A stretch of 64,000 nt of DNA from Arenimonas sp. (lineage in GTDB: Bacteria > Pseudomonadota > Gammaproteobacteria > Xanthomonadales > Xanthomonadaceae), in NCBI RefSeq assembly GCF_041913985.1, contig NZ_JAYSEG010000007.1:23670-87669 (forward strand). The letters are read 5' to 3'. Below the pieces are notes generated by a model that saw only the letters and a list, made by a program, of their open reading frames with translations, did not search any database and had not been told where the DNA came from. The position numbers were made by a program, and so were the translations under genes. Of the stretch, positions 21,019 through 32,836 are shown piece by piece. Position 1 is the first letter of the stretch; every line of letters starts with the position of its first letter.

Positions 21019-21933
21019 ATGCACCGCGCCGCGCGTTCGCCACTGCTGCTGTTGCTGCTCCTGCCGGCGGCCGTGTCCGCCGCGCCGCCGCCGGCCGGCT
21101 GCGACGACGGCCCCGCCATGAAGGCACGCGTGCAGGCCGCCGGGCCCGCCGGCTCGCGGGAGGCGGCGGCCGGGCGCCAGTCGCTCGCCCTGGCCCTGGC
21201 CGGCTGCCTGGGCCACCCCGACCCGGCGCTGCGGGACGGCCTGGCCTACGAAACGCTCGCCGCCTGGCTGCGTGCCGACGCGCTAGACCCCGAAACCCGG
21301 CGCCTGCTGCGCGACCGCCTGCTGGGCTGGCTGGCCCCGGCGGAGGCCGACGCCGGCGGGTTCCGGGCGCCCTTCGCGGCGCTGGTGCTGTCGGAAGTGG
21401 CGCGCACCGACCGCATCTCGCCGTGGATGTCGCCCGCCGAGCGCGAGGCGCTGGTGGCCGCCGCGGCCGGCTACGTTCGCGACCTGCGCGACTACCGCGG
21501 TTTCACCGACGGCGAAGGCTGGCGGCATGGCCTGGCGCATGGCGCCGACCTGCTGATGCAGCTGGCGCTCAATCCCGCGCTCGACCGCGGCCAGCTCGAC
21601 CGCGTGCTGGCCGCGGTGGCGGCGCAGGTGGCGCCGGTGGGCGCGCCGCCGTTCGTGCATGGCGAACCCGGGCGCCTGGCCCGGCCCGTGCTGTTCGCGC
21701 TGCAGCGGGGCCTGCACGACGACGCGGCGTGGACGGCCTGGCTGGCAGACGCAACGTCGCCGGCGCCGATGGCGGACTGGTCCGCGGCCTTCGGGTCCGA
21801 AGCCGCGCTCGCGCGGCGGCACAACGCCAGGAGCTTCCTGCTGGCGCTTTACGCCGGCCTGGCCGAAAGCGGCGACGACGGCCTGCGCGCGCGCCTGCCG
21901 CCGGTGGCGGCGGCACTGCGCGCCATTCCCTAG
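21019..21933 (+). CDS. Exported DUF2785-like protein
   Basis: Signal peptide; PDPALRDGLAY, RDYRGF...GWRHGLAHGADLL. Confidence 0.75.
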   Translation: MHRAARSPLLLLLLLPAAVSAAPPPAGCDDGPAMKARVQAAGPAGSREAAAGRQSLALALAGCLGHPDPALRDGLAYETLAAWLRADALDPETRRLLRDRLLGWLAPAEADAGGFRAPFAALVLSEVARTDRISPWMSPAEREALVAAAAGYVRDLRDYRGFTDGEGWRHGLAHGADLLMQLALNPALDRGQLDRVLAAVAAQVAPVGAPPFVHGEPGRLARPVLFALQRGLHDDAAWTAWLADATSPAPMADWSAAFGSEAALARRHNARSFLLALYAGLAESGDDGLRARLPPVAAALRAIP

Positions 21934-21939
21934 CGCGGC

Positions 21940-22884
21940 TCAGGGCGCGGCGGGCTTGCGCTCCACGGCGCGCACCGGGACGGTGAGGTTGCATACGTCC
22001 ACGTGGCCGGCCGGGTGCACGTACCACTCGTCGCGGCGGTTGCGGCGCGACTCCACCAGGGCCTGCCAGGTGGCGGTGTCGGTGCGCAGCACTTCGATGT
22101 TGGCGCGCGCTTCCGGCGCCACGTCCGAAGCCAGGCGCGCCGCCAGGATGGGTGCGCGCTGCGCGGGCTCGGTGTAGAAGCCCAGCGGGCCGGAGCCGCG
22201 CGGCAGCACGCTCAGCCGTTCCATGCCGACGATGACGCGGCCCACGGTAGTGATGTTGAGGTCGAGCTGGCGCGGCGACTGCCCGGTGACGACGTAGAGC
22301 TCGGTGCCGTTGCTGCTGTCGGGCGCCATGGCGCGGCCGGCGCCGACCACGCCGTAGCAGTGCGCCAGCCAGGCGCGCCCGGCCTTGGGGTCGCGCGCGG
22401 CCGGGAAGCCGTCCACGAAGCCCACCTGCGGCGCCCAGCCGTCGACGTCGGGCAGGGCGGTGAAGGCCAGGCCCTCGGCGGCGCGGCTGAATTCGGCGGG
22501 CAGCGCTTGCTTCGCCTCGCCCAGCGGGCGGCGCAGCGCCAGCTCGTCGCCGGCCGGGTCGCCCCACTGCACCACGAAGTTGTCCTGCGAACGGTTGATG
22601 GACAGGCCGTCGTAGTAGTGGCCGCGCGCCAGCGTGCGGATGTTGGCCACGTGTTCGGGCGCGAACTGCGGCGCCAGTTCGATCACCACCATGCCGCTCT
22701 CGAGCTGAACGTAAAGGGTGTTCTCCGGGTCGAGCGGGCGCCAGTCCTCCGGCTTCGAGGCGTCCAGCACTTCCTGCGTGGTCAGCGGCTTCGCGGCGGG
22801 CGTGGCGGCCGGGGCGTGCACGCAGGCGGCCAGCGGCAGCGCGAGCAGGACGGCGGTGGCGAGCAGGGCGGGGCGCAGGGTCAT
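21940..22884 (-). CDS. Cyclophilin-type peptidyl-prolyl isomerase, probable lipoprotein
   Basis: Lipobox LAAC; [42 protein letters not shown]. Confidence 0.85.
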   Translation of the reverse strand: MTLRPALLATAVLLALPLAACVHAPAATPAAKPLTTQEVLDASKPEDWRPLDPENTLYVQLESGMVVIELAPQFAPEHVANIRTLARGHYYDGLSINRSQDNFVVQWGDPAGDELALRRPLGEAKQALPAEFSRAAEGLAFTALPDVDGWAPQVGFVDGFPAARDPKAGRAWLAHCYGVVGAGRAMAPDSSNGTELYVVTGQSPRQLDLNITTVGRVIVGMERLSVLPRGSGPLGFYTEPAQRAPILAARLASDVAPEARANIEVLRTDTATWQALVESRRNRRDEWYVHPAGHVDVCNLTVPVRAVERKPAAP

Positions 22885-22934
22885 GCGGGGTCCTTGGTGG
22901 CGCGGGTCGGGGAAGCAGGGTAGCGCAGGCGCGC

Positions 22935-23912
22935 TCAGGCCGGTTCGGGCGGCGGTTCGTGCAGGGCGGCCAGCTGTTCCTGCATCTGGGTGATCACCGA
23001 TTCCCAGTGCCGCGGCGCCTCGAACCAGGGGAAGGCCGCGGGGAAGGCCGGGTCGTGCCAGCGCCGCGCGATCCAGGCGTTGTGGTGCAGCAGGCGCAGG
23101 GTGCGCAGGGTTTCCACCAGATGCAGCTCGCGGCGGTCGAAGCGGCGGAACTGCTCGTAGCCTTCCAGCAGCCAGGCCCAGGGTTTCGCGCAGTCCTCGC
23201 GGCGGCCGGCCAGCATCCACAGGTCCTGCACGGCGGGGCCGGTGAGGCAGTCGTCGAGGTCGACGAAATGCGCCTGGCCGTCGCGCCACAGGATGTTGCC
23301 GGGGTGGCAGTCGCCGTGCAGGCGCAGTTCGCGTACGTCGCCGGCGCGGTCGGCGCAGGCGTCCATGGCGTCGAACAGGGCTTCGGCCAGGCGTTCGAAG
23401 TTGCCTTCGAGGTCGGGCGGCAGCCAGCGGTTTTCCAGCAGGTAGTGCACGGCGTCCTCGCCGTGGCTTTCGATGCCGATGCGGCCGCGGTGCGCGAAGC
23501 GCTGGCCGTCGCCGACCGCGTGCATGCGGCCCAGCACGCGGCCCAGGTGGGTGAGCACGGCACGGTCGCCCAGCTCGGGCGCGTGGCCGCCGCGCATGGG
23601 GAACAGCGCGAAGCGGTGGCCGCCGAAGGCGTGCAGGGTGGCGCCGGCGTGTTGCAGCGGTGCCACCACCGACAGGTCGGCGGCCAGCAGTTCGGCCGCG
23701 AAGGCGTGTTCTTCCAGGATGGCGGCGTCGGTCCAGCGACCCGGGCGGTAGAACTTCGCCACCAGCGGCGCCTCGCCTTCGATGCCGATGCGGTAGACGC
23801 GGTTCTCGTAGCTGTTGAGCGCCAGCACGCGGCCGTCGGCGTGCAGGCCCAGCGATTCGACCGCGTCGAGGATGCGGTCGGGGTCGAGGTCGGCGTAGGG
23901 CGTGTCGCTCAC
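22935..23912 (-). CDS. srkA: Stress-response Ser/Thr kinase SrkA/RdoA/YihE
   Basis: [52 protein letters not shown]. Confidence 0.93.
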   Translation of the reverse strand: MSDTPYADLDPDRILDAVESLGLHADGRVLALNSYENRVYRIGIEGEAPLVAKFYRPGRWTDAAILEEHAFAAELLAADLSVVAPLQHAGATLHAFGGHRFALFPMRGGHAPELGDRAVLTHLGRVLGRMHAVGDGQRFAHRGRIGIESHGEDAVHYLLENRWLPPDLEGNFERLAEALFDAMDACADRAGDVRELRLHGDCHPGNILWRDGQAHFVDLDDCLTGPAVQDLWMLAGRREDCAKPWAWLLEGYEQFRRFDRRELHLVETLRTLRLLHHNAWIARRWHDPAFPAAFPWFEAPRHWESVITQMQEQLAALHEPPPEPA

Positions 23913-23930
23913 GGCGCGCTCGCGCCCACG

Positions 23931-24521
23931 TCAGGGCAGCTCGAGCTTGGTGGCCCGGATGGCGAGCGCGTCGCTGAGGTAGCAGTGCGAACCGGCGGCG
24001 CGGAAACCGGCGCGCGCGAAGGCCCTGCGGTACCAGGCCGCGGGGCGGCGGAACATGCCCTTGAGGTCGCCGATGATCTCGTCGCCCTCGGCGAACACCT
24101 CCAGGAAGGCCACGCCGTGGCACAGGCGCGAGAACTCGCGCAGGCCGCGCAGCAGTTCTTCTTCCTCCAGGTAATGCATAACGTCCGAGCACACCAGCAG
24201 GTCCACCGGCGGCGCGGGCGGCAGCGCCGCCAGGTCGCCGAAGGGCAGCCAGTGCAGGTTGCGGCGCGGGCCGAAGCGCTCGATCGCGTAGTCGCTGTTG
24301 TCCAGGCCCATGTAGCGCAGGCGCGGGCGCAGCTTCAGCAGCGGCGCGCGCCAGGCGCCCTCGCCGCAGCCCACGTCGAGCACCGACTTGATGGGCCGGC
24401 CCAGGTGGTATTCGGCCAGGGCCACGGCCAGCGCCACCTTGCGGCCGAGCGCCGCGGGGCCGCCGAGGTCGCGCTGGCGGTACCAGGTGTCGAAGTAGCG
24501 GCGGTCGTAGACCTTGTTCAC
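23931..24521 (-). CDS. Class I SAM-dependent methyltransferase
   Basis: [10 protein letters not shown] motif [12 protein letters not shown]; GTG start overlaps the upstream stop (GTGA). Confidence 0.85.
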   Translation of the reverse strand: MNKVYDRRYFDTWYRQRDLGGPAALGRKVALAVALAEYHLGRPIKSVLDVGCGEGAWRAPLLKLRPRLRYMGLDNSDYAIERFGPRRNLHWLPFGDLAALPPAPPVDLLVCSDVMHYLEEEELLRGLREFSRLCHGVAFLEVFAEGDEIIGDLKGMFRRPAAWYRRAFARAGFRAAGSHCYLSDALAIRATKLELP

Positions 24522-25394
24522 GGCGTGCGTTCCTTGCGGCGGTGGAGCAGCCAGGCCGCGAACAGCGCCCCGGTCAGGTACATGCTCAGTGCATAGACCG
24601 CCGGCGCGATGCTGGCCTGCGCGCGGCCCAGCACTTCGATGGCGATGAAGATGGCAAGGGTACCGTTGTGGATGCCGATCTCGAAAGCGATGGCGATGGC
24701 CTGCGGCTCGGCCAGGCGCACCAGGCGCGCGGCGAAGTAGCCCGAGAGCAGGCTGGCCAGGTTGAACAGCACGCAGGCCGCGCCCACCACCGGCGCGTAG
24801 GCGCGCACCAGCGCCCACTCGGACACGAAGGCCATCACGATCAGCACGCCCAGCAGCAGCGAGGACAGGTGCCGCACGGGCTTTTCCGCCGCCGCCGCCA
24901 GCGCCGGGCGCCAGGCGCCAGGCGCGCAGCGCCATGCCCAGGGCCACCGGCACGATCACCAGCACCGCCACTTCCACCACCTTGCCGGTGGGCGGCGGCA
25001 CGCTGGCCCCGGAGCCCAGGAAGGACGACAGCGCCAGCGCGGTCCAGGCCGGCAGCGTGAGCAGGGCCAGCAGGCTGTTGATGGCGGTGAGGCTGATGTT
25101 GAGCGCCACGTCGCCACGCGCCAGGTGGCTGAAGAGGTTGGCGGTGACGCCGCCCGGCGAGGCCGCCAGCAGCACCAGGCCCACGGCCAGTTCGCCGGGC
25201 AGGCCAAAGCCGCGCGCCAGCGCGAAGGCCACTGGCGGCAGCACCAGCACCTGCACCGCCAGCGCCACCGCGACGGCCTTGGGCAGGGCCAGCACGCGGC
25301 GGAAGTCGGCCAGGGTCAGGTGCAGGCCCAGGCCGGCCATCACCACGGCCAGCGCCAGCGGCAGGAGCAGCACCAGCAGCGGGTTGTCGGCCAC
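24518..25394 (-). pseudogene. Bile acid:sodium symporter (BASS) family gene, frameshifted
   Basis: The N-half (MAGLGL.L, ASPGGVTANLFSHLARGDVALNI) and C-half (IAFEIGIHNGTLAI) are in different frames. Removing one GGCGCCA unit at 24907-24920 restores LRAWRPALAAAAEKPVRHLS. Confidence 0.85.
24907..24925. repeat. 7-bp tandem repeat (GGCGCCA x2.7) at the frameshift site
   Basis: ggcgcca ggcgcca ggcgc read directly from the sequence. Confidence 0.9.
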
Positions 25395-25399
25395 GGGGC

Positions 25400-26197
25400 T
25401 CAGGCCCCGATCAGCACGGAGCGCATGGAGATGGGGCCGACCACGTCCTCGTTGAAGAACTCCACCGCGTCGCCCTCGCGCTGCAGGCCCAGCACGTAGA
25501 GCAGCGGCAGGTAGTGCTCGGGCGTGGGCACGGCCAGCAGGGCGTCGGGGCCCAGGGTTTCGTAGCCCATCATGCCTTCGTGGTGGCCTTCGGCGATGCG
25601 TCCGGCGATGTCCTCGTCGAAGCGCTGCGCCCAGTCCAGCGGCTCGGTCTGGCCCATGCGCCAGTAGCGCAGGTTGTGCACGATGTTGCCGCTGCCCACC
25701 ACCAGCACGCCCTCGTCGCGCAGCGGGCCGAGCTGGCGCGCCAGGTCGTAGTGCCAGGCGCCGGGTTGCAGGCTCGACAGGCTCAGCGGCACCACCGGGA
25801 TGTCGGCTTCGGGGTACATGGGCTGCAGCACGCTCCAGACGCCGTGGTCGAGCCCTCGGTGCGAGTCGAAGTGCACGCGCGGCGTGCGCACCAGTTCGGC
25901 CACCCGGTGGGCCAGTTCCGAGCTGCCCGGGGCCGGGTAGCGCACGTCGAACAGGGCCTTGGGGAAGCCGCGGAAGTCGTGGATGGTCTCGGGGTGCTCG
26001 GCGCTGCCGACGTAGACGCCCTGGGTTTCCCAGTGCGCCGAGATGCACAGGATGGCCTTCGGGCGGGGCAGGCGCCGGCCCAGGGCCTGCCAGCCGCGCC
26101 GCCAGGCATTGTCCTCGATGGCGTTCATGGGCGATCCGTGCCCGAGGAACAGCACGGGCATCGGGCCAGGCATGGACGCAGCGCTCATCGAGGACAA
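25400..26197 (-). CDS. ygiD: 4,5-DOPA extradiol dioxygenase (LigB family); start uncertain
   Basis: MPVLFLGHGSPMNA, ISAHW, TIHDF.GFP, GLDHG.W, GSGNIVHNL, PTPEHYLPL. Confidence 0.88.
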   Translation of the reverse strand: MSSMSAASMPGPMPVLFLGHGSPMNAIEDNAWRRGWQALGRRLPRPKAILCISAHWETQGVYVGSAEHPETIHDFRGFPKALFDVRYPAPGSSELAHRVAELVRTPRVHFDSHRGLDHGVWSVLQPMYPEADIPVVPLSLSSLQPGAWHYDLARQLGPLRDEGVLVVGSGNIVHNLRYWRMGQTEPLDWAQRFDEDIAGRIAEGHHEGMMGYETLGPDALLAVPTPEHYLPLLYVLGLQREGDAVEFFNEDVVGPISMRSVLIGA

Positions 26198-26373
26198 CTC
26201 CGCGGATTGGGCTTGGCCCCCACAGTACCCAAGGCCGCGAGGGAATCAAGCCGGCCCCGCCGGGCGCCCGGCAAGCGCCATGACTTGCGGCACTCCCCGG
26301 GTTCGTTGGCCTCGCTATTATTGACTCCACAGTATCCACAGCAAGCGGGTACTACCGACACCGGAACAGGGCG

Positions 26374-26739
26374 ATGGACGAGACCGAGCCGCACCTGAAG
26401 AAATTCCACAAGGAGCTCAGCGCCGGGACCGTGTCCCTGGTCCTGCTGGCCGTGCTGGCGCGCTCGGACGAGCCGCTCTACGGCTACCAGATCGCCAAGC
26501 GGCTCGAGCAGACCGGCGACCCGCTGCTGGGCGGCAAGCAGAGCGCGCTGTACCCGGTGCTGCGCAACCTCAGCGCCGCCGGCCTGGCCGAGAGCCACGT
26601 GGAGCCTTCCGTCAGCGGCCCGCCACGCCGCTACTACCGCATCACCACCCTGGGCAGGCAGGTGCTGGCCGAATGGGCCGGCGCCTGGCGCACCACCCGC
26701 GACTCCGTCGATTCCGTGCTGGAAGGAAACCTGCGATGA
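26374..26739 (+). CDS. PadR-family transcriptional regulator
   Basis: YGYQI, LYPVLR.L...GL, GPPRRYYRIT..G. Confidence 0.92.
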   Translation: MDETEPHLKKFHKELSAGTVSLVLLAVLARSDEPLYGYQIAKRLEQTGDPLLGGKQSALYPVLRNLSAAGLAESHVEPSVSGPPRRYYRITTLGRQVLAEWAGAWRTTRDSVDSVLEGNLR

Positions 26740-27647
26740 CCGCCGCCACCCCGAAGACCATCCCCGAGTACCTCGAGCAGCTGCGCGTCGCGCTGCGCAA
26801 CGCCGACCCGGCGCTGGTGCAGGACGCGCTCTACGATGCCGAGGAATACCTGCGTTCGGAGCTGGCCGAAAACCCCGGCACCGACGAGGCCACCCTGCTG
26901 GCCAACATCGCCACCAGCTACGGCGCGCCGGAGGAAGTGGCCGACATCTACCGCGACACCGAGGTGCAGGTGAGCCAGGCCCTGCGCACGCCGCCGCCGC
27001 GGCCGCGGCGCGGACTGCTGGGCCAGTTCTTCGGCGTCGCCGCCGACCCGCGGGCGTGGACGGCCATGTTCTACATGCTGCTCTCGCTGGCCACCGGCAT
27101 CGTCTACTTCACCACGGTGGTGACGGGCATCAGCGTCTCGGCCGGCTTCGCCATCCTGGTCATCGGCATCCCGGTGGTGATCCTGTTCATCGGCCTGGTG
27201 CGGCTGCTGTCGCTGGTGGAAGGCCGCATCGTCGAAGTGCTGCTGGGCGAACGCATGCCGCGCCGCCCGCTGTACGTGGGCCGCGGCCAGCCCTGGCTGG
27301 CGCGCATCGGCGCCATGTTCACCGACCCGCGCACCTGGTCCACCATGCTCTACATGCTGCTGATGATGCCGCTGGGCACGGTGTACTTCACCCTGGTGGT
27401 GACGGCGCTGTCGGTCTCGCTGGGCCTGGTGTTCGGCGGCATCGCCGGGCTGCTGCACGTGGCCGGCGTGCCGGGCGACTGGATGCTGGTGGACGGCGTC
27501 ATCGTCACCCCGTGGCCGGGCGTGCTTCCGCTGCTGGTGCTGGTGGGCGTGCTGGGCCTGTTCGTCACCCTGCACGTGGCGCGCGGCATCGGCATGCTGC
27601 ACGGCCAGCTGGCCAAGCACCTGCTGGTGAAGACCGCCCAGCATTGA
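26736..27647 (+). CDS. Membrane sensor-domain protein with N-terminal HAAS-like helical domain
   Basis: EYLEQLRVAL...YGAPEEVA N-terminus followed by duplicated DPRxW..YMLL TM units; ATGA-coupled to PadR. Confidence 0.75.
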   Translation: MTAATPKTIPEYLEQLRVALRNADPALVQDALYDAEEYLRSELAENPGTDEATLLANIATSYGAPEEVADIYRDTEVQVSQALRTPPPRPRRGLLGQFFGVAADPRAWTAMFYMLLSLATGIVYFTTVVTGISVSAGFAILVIGIPVVILFIGLVRLLSLVEGRIVEVLLGERMPRRPLYVGRGQPWLARIGAMFTDPRTWSTMLYMLLMMPLGTVYFTLVVTALSVSLGLVFGGIAGLLHVAGVPGDWMLVDGVIVTPWPGVLPLLVLVGVLGLFVTLHVARGIGMLHGQLAKHLLVKTAQH

Positions 27648-27673
27648 TGCGGAGGCGCGCGCGGCGCCGCTGC

Positions 27674-28588
27674 TCAGCGCGCGCCGGGGCGCGCCAGGAT
27701 GTCCACCCGCCGGTTCAGGGCGCGGCCTTCCTCGGTGTCGTTGGTGGCCATGGGCTTGCGCTCGCCGTGGCCCACCACGGTGGCCGCGTTGGCGGGCAAT
27801 GCCAGCCTCGCGCGCAGCGCCTCCCAAACGGCCGCGGCGCGCGCCTCCGAAAGCGCCTGGTTGTCGCCGTCGCCGCCGGTGGCGTCGGTGTGGCCCTCGA
27901 TGGCCAGGCGCGCCGGGCCCAGGGCCTTCACCTTCGCCGCAAGTTCGTCCAGCGCGGCCGCTGCCTCGGGTCGGAGCGTGGCGCGGCCCACGTCGAACAG
28001 CACCGCGCTGTCGAGCGAAAGCCGCATCGCTGCGCCCACCGCGGCCACCGCGTCGATGTCGGCGCCGGAGTGGCGGCCGCCGCACTGCTTGCTGGCATTG
28101 GCCAGGCGCACGAAGGCGAAGCTGTCGCCGGGTTCCGCCACCCCGGCGATGTCCACGTCCGAGCGCGCGCCTTCGATCTGGCCCACGTCCAGCCACTCGC
28201 GGCCGTCGCGGGAAATCGACAGGCGCGTGGTCTCGACCATCGGGCCCACTTCGAACACGTAAAGATCGGGGCCGTCGACGTCGACCAGCACGTTGTCGTC
28301 GAAGCGCAGCACCACCTCGCCGTCGCAGCCCAGCGACAGGAAGCCTGGCTTGGAGGTGGCCACGTAGTCGGGCTCGCCCAGGGTGTAGCCGGGTTCGGCG
28401 AACACGCCCGAGGAGGGCCGCTCGCCGGGCGCGGACGACACCACGGCGTCGGCGAACGAGGCGGCGCCCAGCGGCAGGCAGATGGCGCGCTTGCCCTTGC
28501 CGTAAAGCTTCCCGGGGCAGTCGTCGGTGGCAAACGCCGGGGCCGCGGCCAGCGCGGCGGCGAGCAGGGGCAGGGCGATCAGGCGCAT
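27674..28588 (-). CDS. OmpA-family peptidoglycan-binding protein with an uncharacterised N-terminal domain
   Basis: Signal peptide; VLFD, IEGHTD, NQALSEARA, GRALNRRVDI. Confidence 0.88.
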   Translation of the reverse strand: MRLIALPLLAAALAAAPAFATDDCPGKLYGKGKRAICLPLGAASFADAVVSSAPGERPSSGVFAEPGYTLGEPDYVATSKPGFLSLGCDGEVVLRFDDNVLVDVDGPDLYVFEVGPMVETTRLSISRDGREWLDVGQIEGARSDVDIAGVAEPGDSFAFVRLANASKQCGGRHSGADIDAVAAVGAAMRLSLDSAVLFDVGRATLRPEAAAALDELAAKVKALGPARLAIEGHTDATGGDGDNQALSEARAAAVWEALRARLALPANAATVVGHGERKPMATNDTEEGRALNRRVDILARPGAR

Positions 28589-28627
28589 GGGCGTCCTCCT
28601 TCGGCGGGGTCCGCGCCCGATGGTGCG

Positions 28628-29020
28628 TCAGCCCGTCGCCAGGGTCCAGCCCAGGCCCCACAGCGCCTGCACCACCAGGGCCAGGATCGACAGCGAGGAC
28701 AGCGCGAAGGCCGGGCCGCGGTTGCCGGCCGGATCCAGGTAGGCCACCGCGTACCAGGCCCGCGCCAGCAGCCAGACGGCGCCGAACGCGGCGCTCAGCC
28801 ACGGCGCGCCGAAGGCCGCGGCGGCCCACAGCGCCGGCAGGAACATCAGCGCCGACTCCTGGGTGTTCATCTGCACCCGGAAGGCGCGCTCGAAGCCTTC
28901 CGGCCCCTGCGTGGCCGGCGCCTTCACGCCGTGGCGCCCGCGGGCCCGGCCGACCAGGCCCATGGTGGTCATCAGCAGCAGCACGGTGAGCACGGTGACG
29001 AGGGCGACGAGGGGATGCAT
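28628..29020 (-). CDS. MAPEG family membrane protein
   Basis: GRAR..GVKAPA, FERAFRVQMNTQE, four TM segments. Confidence 0.85.
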   Translation of the reverse strand: MHPLVALVTVLTVLLLMTTMGLVGRARGRHGVKAPATQGPEGFERAFRVQMNTQESALMFLPALWAAAAFGAPWLSAAFGAVWLLARAWYAVAYLDPAGNRGPAFALSSLSILALVVQALWGLGWTLATG

Positions 29021-29101
29021 GGCGGGCTCCGCGGTGGGCGAGCGCGCACTGTAGCCGATTGCGGTAGGGTGTCCGCCTGACCGCGACACCGGAGGCCGAC
29101 G

Positions 29102-30418
29102 ATGTCCGATCCCCTGGCCCAGCCGCTGCGACTGCCCTGCGGCGCCGTGCTGAAAAACCGCCTGTGCAAGGCGGCCATGACCGAAGGCCTGGGCGACGCG
29201 CGCCTGCGCGCCACCGCCCGCCACGAACGCCTCTACGAAGCCTGGAGCGAAGGCGGCGCCGGCCTGCTGGTCACCGGCAACGTGATGGTCGACCACCGCG
29301 TGCTCGAGCGCCCGGGCAACGTCGCCATCAATCCGGATTTCGCGCCCAGCGTGGATGCCGAGGCCCGCGCCCGGCTGCGCGCCTGGGCCGCCGCCGGCAC
29401 CCGCGCCGGAAACGCCTTGTGGATGCAGGTGTCGCACGCCGGCCGGCAGTCGCCGCGTTACGTCACGCGCCAGCCGGTGGGCCCGTCCGACGTGCAGCTC
29501 GACCTGCTGGGCAACTACGCCCGGCCGCGGGCGCTGCGCGAGGACGAGATCCTGGCCCTGGTGCAGCGCTTTGCCAGGGTGGCCGTGATCGCCCGCGAAA
29601 CCGGCTTCACCGGCGTGCAGGTGCACGGCGCGCACGGCTACCTGCTGTCGAGTTTCCTCTCGCCGGTCACCAACCGGCGCACCGACGCCTGGGGCGGGCC
29701 GCTGGAAAACCGCGCGCGCTTCCTGCTCGAGGTGGTGCACGCAGTGCGCAAGGCGGTCGGTGCCGATTTCCCGGTGTCGGTGAAGCTCAATTCCGACGAC
29801 TTCCGCAAGGGCGGCTTCAGCCACGCCGACTGCCTGGGCGTGGTGCAGCTGCTCAACGGCGAGGGCGTCGACCTGCTGGAGATTTCCGGCGGCAACTACG
29901 AACAGCCGCGCCTGCTCGGCGTCACCGGCCGCGACGGCGACGCGGTGGAGGTGCGCGCCAGCACGCGGGTGCGCGAAGCCTATTTCCTCGAGTACGCCGC
30001 CGCCATCCGGCGCGTGGCGACGATGCCGCTGATGGTGACCGGCGGCTTCCGGACCCGCGCCGGCATGGAGGCCGCGCTGGCCAGCGGCGACACCGACGTG
30101 ATCGGCATCGGCCGCCCCTTCTGCACCCACCCCGACGTGGCGCGCCGCCTGCTGGCCGGCGAGATCGACGAACTGCCGGCCTTCGAGCACCAGCTGCACC
30201 TGCGCCCGCGCGGCCGCCTGTCGCCGGCCAGCCCCTGGCTCGCCGCCAAGATGGTGAACGTGCTCGGCGCCCAGGGCTGGTACTACCACCAGATGGAGCG
30301 CCTGGCCGACGGCCGCCCGATCGAGCCGCGCCGCGGCATGGTGCGCTCCTTCGCGCGATACTGGTGGAACGACCTGACGCGCGCCGCCGCGCTGCGGCGC
30401 CAAGGAGGCACGCCATGA
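29102..30418 (+). CDS. NADH:flavin oxidoreductase (Old Yellow Enzyme family)
   Basis: LKNRLCKAAMTE, HAGRQ, QVHGAHGYLLSSFLSP..NRRTD.WGG.LENRAR. Confidence 0.92.
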   Translation: MSDPLAQPLRLPCGAVLKNRLCKAAMTEGLGDARLRATARHERLYEAWSEGGAGLLVTGNVMVDHRVLERPGNVAINPDFAPSVDAEARARLRAWAAAGTRAGNALWMQVSHAGRQSPRYVTRQPVGPSDVQLDLLGNYARPRALREDEILALVQRFARVAVIARETGFTGVQVHGAHGYLLSSFLSPVTNRRTDAWGGPLENRARFLLEVVHAVRKAVGADFPVSVKLNSDDFRKGGFSHADCLGVVQLLNGEGVDLLEISGGNYEQPRLLGVTGRDGDAVEVRASTRVREAYFLEYAAAIRRVATMPLMVTGGFRTRAGMEAALASGDTDVIGIGRPFCTHPDVARRLLAGEIDELPAFEHQLHLRPRGRLSPASPWLAAKMVNVLGAQGWYYHQMERLADGRPIEPRRGMVRSFARYWWNDLTRAAALRRQGGTP

Positions 30419-30987
30419 CCCACGACCCCCTGCACGGCGACGAGCCCATGACCGACGAAGCCGTGGTGGCCGCCACCCGCGAATGGCTGGAGAAGGCCGT
30501 GATCGGCCTGAACCTGTGCCCCTTCGCCAAGGCCGTGCACGTGAAGCGGCAGGTGCGCTACGTGGTCAGCCAGGCCACCGACGAGGAAGGCCTGCTCGAC
30601 GACCTGCTGCACGAACTGCAGCTGCTGGCCTCGGCCGACCCGGGCGATATCGAGACCACGCTGCTGATCCACCCCTACGTGCTGGCCGATTTCCTCGACT
30701 ACAACGACTTCCTCGACATCGCCGACGCGGCGGTGGAGGAAGTGGGGCTGGAAGGCGTGCTGCAGGTGGCCAGCTTCCACCCGCGCTACCAGTTCGCCGA
30801 CAGCGACCCGGACGACATGGGCAACTTCAGCAACCGCGCGCCGTTCCCCACGCTTCACCTGCTGCGCGAGGACAGCGTGGACAAGGCGGTGGCGGCCTTC
30901 CCGGACGCCGACCGCATCTACGAAGCCAACATCGAGGCCCTGCGCAAGCTGGGCCCCGAGGGCTGGAAGGCGCTCTGGCGCAAGTAG
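30415..30987 (+). CDS. DUF1415 family protein
   Basis: WLEKAVIGLNLCPFA, ETTLL, QVASFHP.Y, NRAPFPTLHLLRE. Confidence 0.88.
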   Translation: MTHDPLHGDEPMTDEAVVAATREWLEKAVIGLNLCPFAKAVHVKRQVRYVVSQATDEEGLLDDLLHELQLLASADPGDIETTLLIHPYVLADFLDYNDFLDIADAAVEEVGLEGVLQVASFHPRYQFADSDPDDMGNFSNRAPFPTLHLLREDSVDKAVAAFPDADRIYEANIEALRKLGPEGWKALWRK

Positions 30988-30988
30988 C

Positions 30989-32767
<1,779 letters not shown>

Positions 32768-32836
32768 GGGGCGTGGCCGGTGCTCTTGGGGAGGCCCGAC
32801 TCTACCATACCTGTGCGTACGGGCCGGGTGAACGCC

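Noticed and set aside
23931-26339. 802-aa ORF as a single real protein
   Set aside because: It is a composite of an off-frame ygiD overlap, the BASS N-half, frameshifted sequence and the methyltransferase
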